IMG/VR virus record: IMGVR_UViG_3300044679_000013
Coordinates: 1,816 to 65,815 of that record
DNA from: a virus
Taxonomy: Duplodnaviria; Caudoviricetes
DNA length: 64,000 nucleotides
Direction: 5' to 3' (one strand)
The notes beneath the pieces are model-generated. The model saw only the letters and a list, made by a program, of their open reading frames with translations. It was not told where the DNA came from and ran no database searches. Every line of letters starts with the position of its first letter. Position 1 is the first letter of the stretch. Of the stretch, positions 62,364-64,000 are shown piece after piece. The translations under genes were made by a program, and so were the position numbers.

Positions 62364-62462
62364 CCGATATTTTTATACCCTGTAAACCGATGAAAATAAG
62401 CCTATTGGCGAGTTATCCACAGAAATCAATACGTATTTTGCTGTACGGGGCGAAATTCTCGG

Positions 62463-62491
62463 TTGACAGATTACGATAGTAGGGTTACTGT
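62463..62491 (+). promoter_or_regulatory. rightward early promoter
   Basis: TTGACA-17-TACTGT with GTAGG in the same register. Confidence 0.65.
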
Positions 62492-62500
62492 TGCACTCGG

Positions 62501-62698
62501 ATGACTCAGAACAACACTGTAGAGCGCGAGAAATCGCGGCAAACGCTGTGCCAGGAGCGCTGGATAGCAGAAGGTCGTTGCCGATCCTGCGGAAAGAAGC
62601 GCGGCAAAGGATTCGAGAATAAGGTTCGCTGCAAGAAATGCTTACGCGCCGACGCAGCAAAGAAAAGGGAGCGGGCTGAGGCTGAGGGGGTCCGGTAA
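62501..62698 (+). CDS. small basic Zn-finger protein
   Basis: G.CRSCG...RCKKC motif. Confidence 0.65.
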   Translation: MTQNNTVEREKSRQTLCQERWIAEGRCRSCGKKRGKGFENKVRCKKCLRADAAKKRERAEAEGVR

Positions 62699-63466
62699 GT
62701 GGACCGACCGTGGTTTAAGGTCTATGCCGCTGACGCTCTATTGGATTCAAAGTTAGACGCTCTTCCCCCAGAAGCTGAAGGGTTGGTTTTCAGAATGTGG
62801 TGCATTTGCCATATCGAAGGTAGATGTCCAGCCGATCCGAAAGAGTTGGCCAGGAAGACGCGCCGATCGCTTGAATACGTTTTGCAATACGAATCGCAAT
62901 GCAAATCGCTGTTCGCTTTGCAGGATGGTTTTTATGTCAGCCCTCGGATGGAGAAGGAAAAAAGACGCTCTAAGGTTAATTCCGACAATGCTAACGAGCG
63001 TTACAAAGAAAAGACTTCTACTGTTCGCAGTGCAAATCGCATTGCGAATAATACAGAAATAGCAATGCGACGCTCTGACTATGACAATGACTCTGACTTA
63101 GGTCTTGTTTCTAAAGAAACAAAGGTTACTGAAGAATCTTTTTCTCTTGATGCAACGGTCTCATACGTAATGTGTGAAACAGGTCTAGCTGGAAACAAAA
63201 TTCGCTCCGTTCTCTACGAGGTAATCAAAAGGGAGATAGACGTAGTGGGAATCGAGCCAAAGCTTATTGCTAATACGCTGGTCGTCGCGTGGGGAACTTA
63301 CGACCCAATGAAGCTCAAGTTTAAGCGTAGCCCAGAGAACTTCTTTGGCTCTGGGATGTGGCGCAAGCCTGCCTCGGAGTGGGCAGAGAGTGGTAAAGAA
63401 GAGACTTTAGCGGAGAAAAATACCAATGCACTTAGAGAAATGGAAAGACGAACTAAACAAAACTAG
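62699..63466 (+). CDS. replication initiator-like protein (DUF1376/YdaU-type N-terminus)
   Basis: PWFK.Y..D.L.D....L...EG....W......G..P.D...LAR...SPRME.E motif; C-terminal P..FF..G.W. Confidence 0.75.
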   Translation: MDRPWFKVYAADALLDSKLDALPPEAEGLVFRMWCICHIEGRCPADPKELARKTRRSLEYVLQYESQCKSLFALQDGFYVSPRMEKEKRRSKVNSDNANERYKEKTSTVRSANRIANNTEIAMRRSDYDNDSDLGLVSKETKVTEESFSLDATVSYVMCETGLAGNKIRSVLYEVIKREIDVVGIEPKLIANTLVVAWGTYDPMKLKFKRSPENFFGSGMWRKPASEWAESGKEETLAEKNTNALREMERRTKQN

Positions 63467-63833
63467 CTTGCTATTCGCTCGGACGCTGGAACCGGGAGAG
63501 TGGCAAATTTGGGGAAAGTTTCTAGAAGACGTGCCGGACCGGGCCGTTGAGTACGCCTTCTCTAATTGGCAAAAGAATGGCCGATTCTTTCCCAAGCCAA
63601 AAGATATTCTCGACTTAGTTGCCGCCTTCGAAATCGGCAGGGACGGGACGACCAGAATCAGTTTCGAGCACTACGGCAAGGGCTACGGCGGAGGCGACTT
63701 TAAGGCTCTCTGGAAGATGGTTTCAGCCAAGAGTATTGGACTTGGACGAAAGCTAACTGAACCCGAGATTTGGGAAGTGCTGGGCGAGATAGACAAAAAG
63801 CGACCTGGCGGAGCACCCGCGTTCAGGCGGTAG
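63426..63833 (+). CDS. putative helicase loader/inhibitor
   Basis: W...L.DVP......A...W.....FFP.P.DI motif directly downstream of the initiator. Confidence 0.6.
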   Translation: MHLEKWKDELNKTSLLFARTLEPGEWQIWGKFLEDVPDRAVEYAFSNWQKNGRFFPKPKDILDLVAAFEIGRDGTTRISFEHYGKGYGGGDFKALWKMVSAKSIGLGRKLTEPEIWEVLGEIDKKRPGGAPAFRR

Positions 63834-64000
63834 GGAACCCATGAACACTCTCCACTGTGCGAAATGCGAGAAGGACAAGTTTCGCGGCCTATTTAGCCCA
63901 TTTCGTCGGACTCAGGCAGGATCGCAATGTATTTGCCTAACTTGTGCGGCGAATGTGTCAAAGGATTCGCGTAAGAAACGTAAGTCAAAGAATGTGCCGA

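Noticed and set aside
1-64000. Stop-codon reassignment, tRNA genes, integrase/attP, introns or inteins
   Set aside because: Core genes are intact under the standard code with all three stops in use; no cloverleaf, recombinase motif or interrupted terL/portal/capsid was seen by eye.

Overview
The window is most of a ~53% GC tailed-phage (Caudoviricetes) genome with podovirus-type architecture. The host is probably Acidobacteriota, inferred from a PEP-CTERM gene and host-like secreted domains. Layout: a + strand accessory arm (1-8.2 kb); a long - strand late region (8.2-56 kb) with fibre/appendage cluster, GroES, ejection proteins, nozzle/adaptor, capsid, scaffold, portal, terminases, a sigma-70-like factor and a lysis module; a - strand recombination arm (56-62.3 kb: PAPS-reductase-like, YqaJ, ERF, VRR-NUC); and a divergent promoter region leading into + strand replication genes. 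No integrase, CRISPR array, tRNA or reverse transcriptase was seen. Main highlights: (1) five copies of a 29-bp 11-7-11 palindromic site with an oriented spacer at accessory-gene boundaries, a candidate recombinase-type gene-cassette system; (2) a ~15 kb block of fibre/appendage genes, including the apparent tailspike, that all carry Sec-type signal peptides or a signal-like segment and mostly many cysteines, suggesting extracytoplasmic maturation; (3) a seven-copy late promoter box that may be read by the phage sigma factor; (4) single genes bracketed by private direct repeats; (5) an unannotated antisense 2-TM gene beside the ejection genes; (6) candidate structured RNAs. All functional calls come from motif recognition by eye; no database searches were run.
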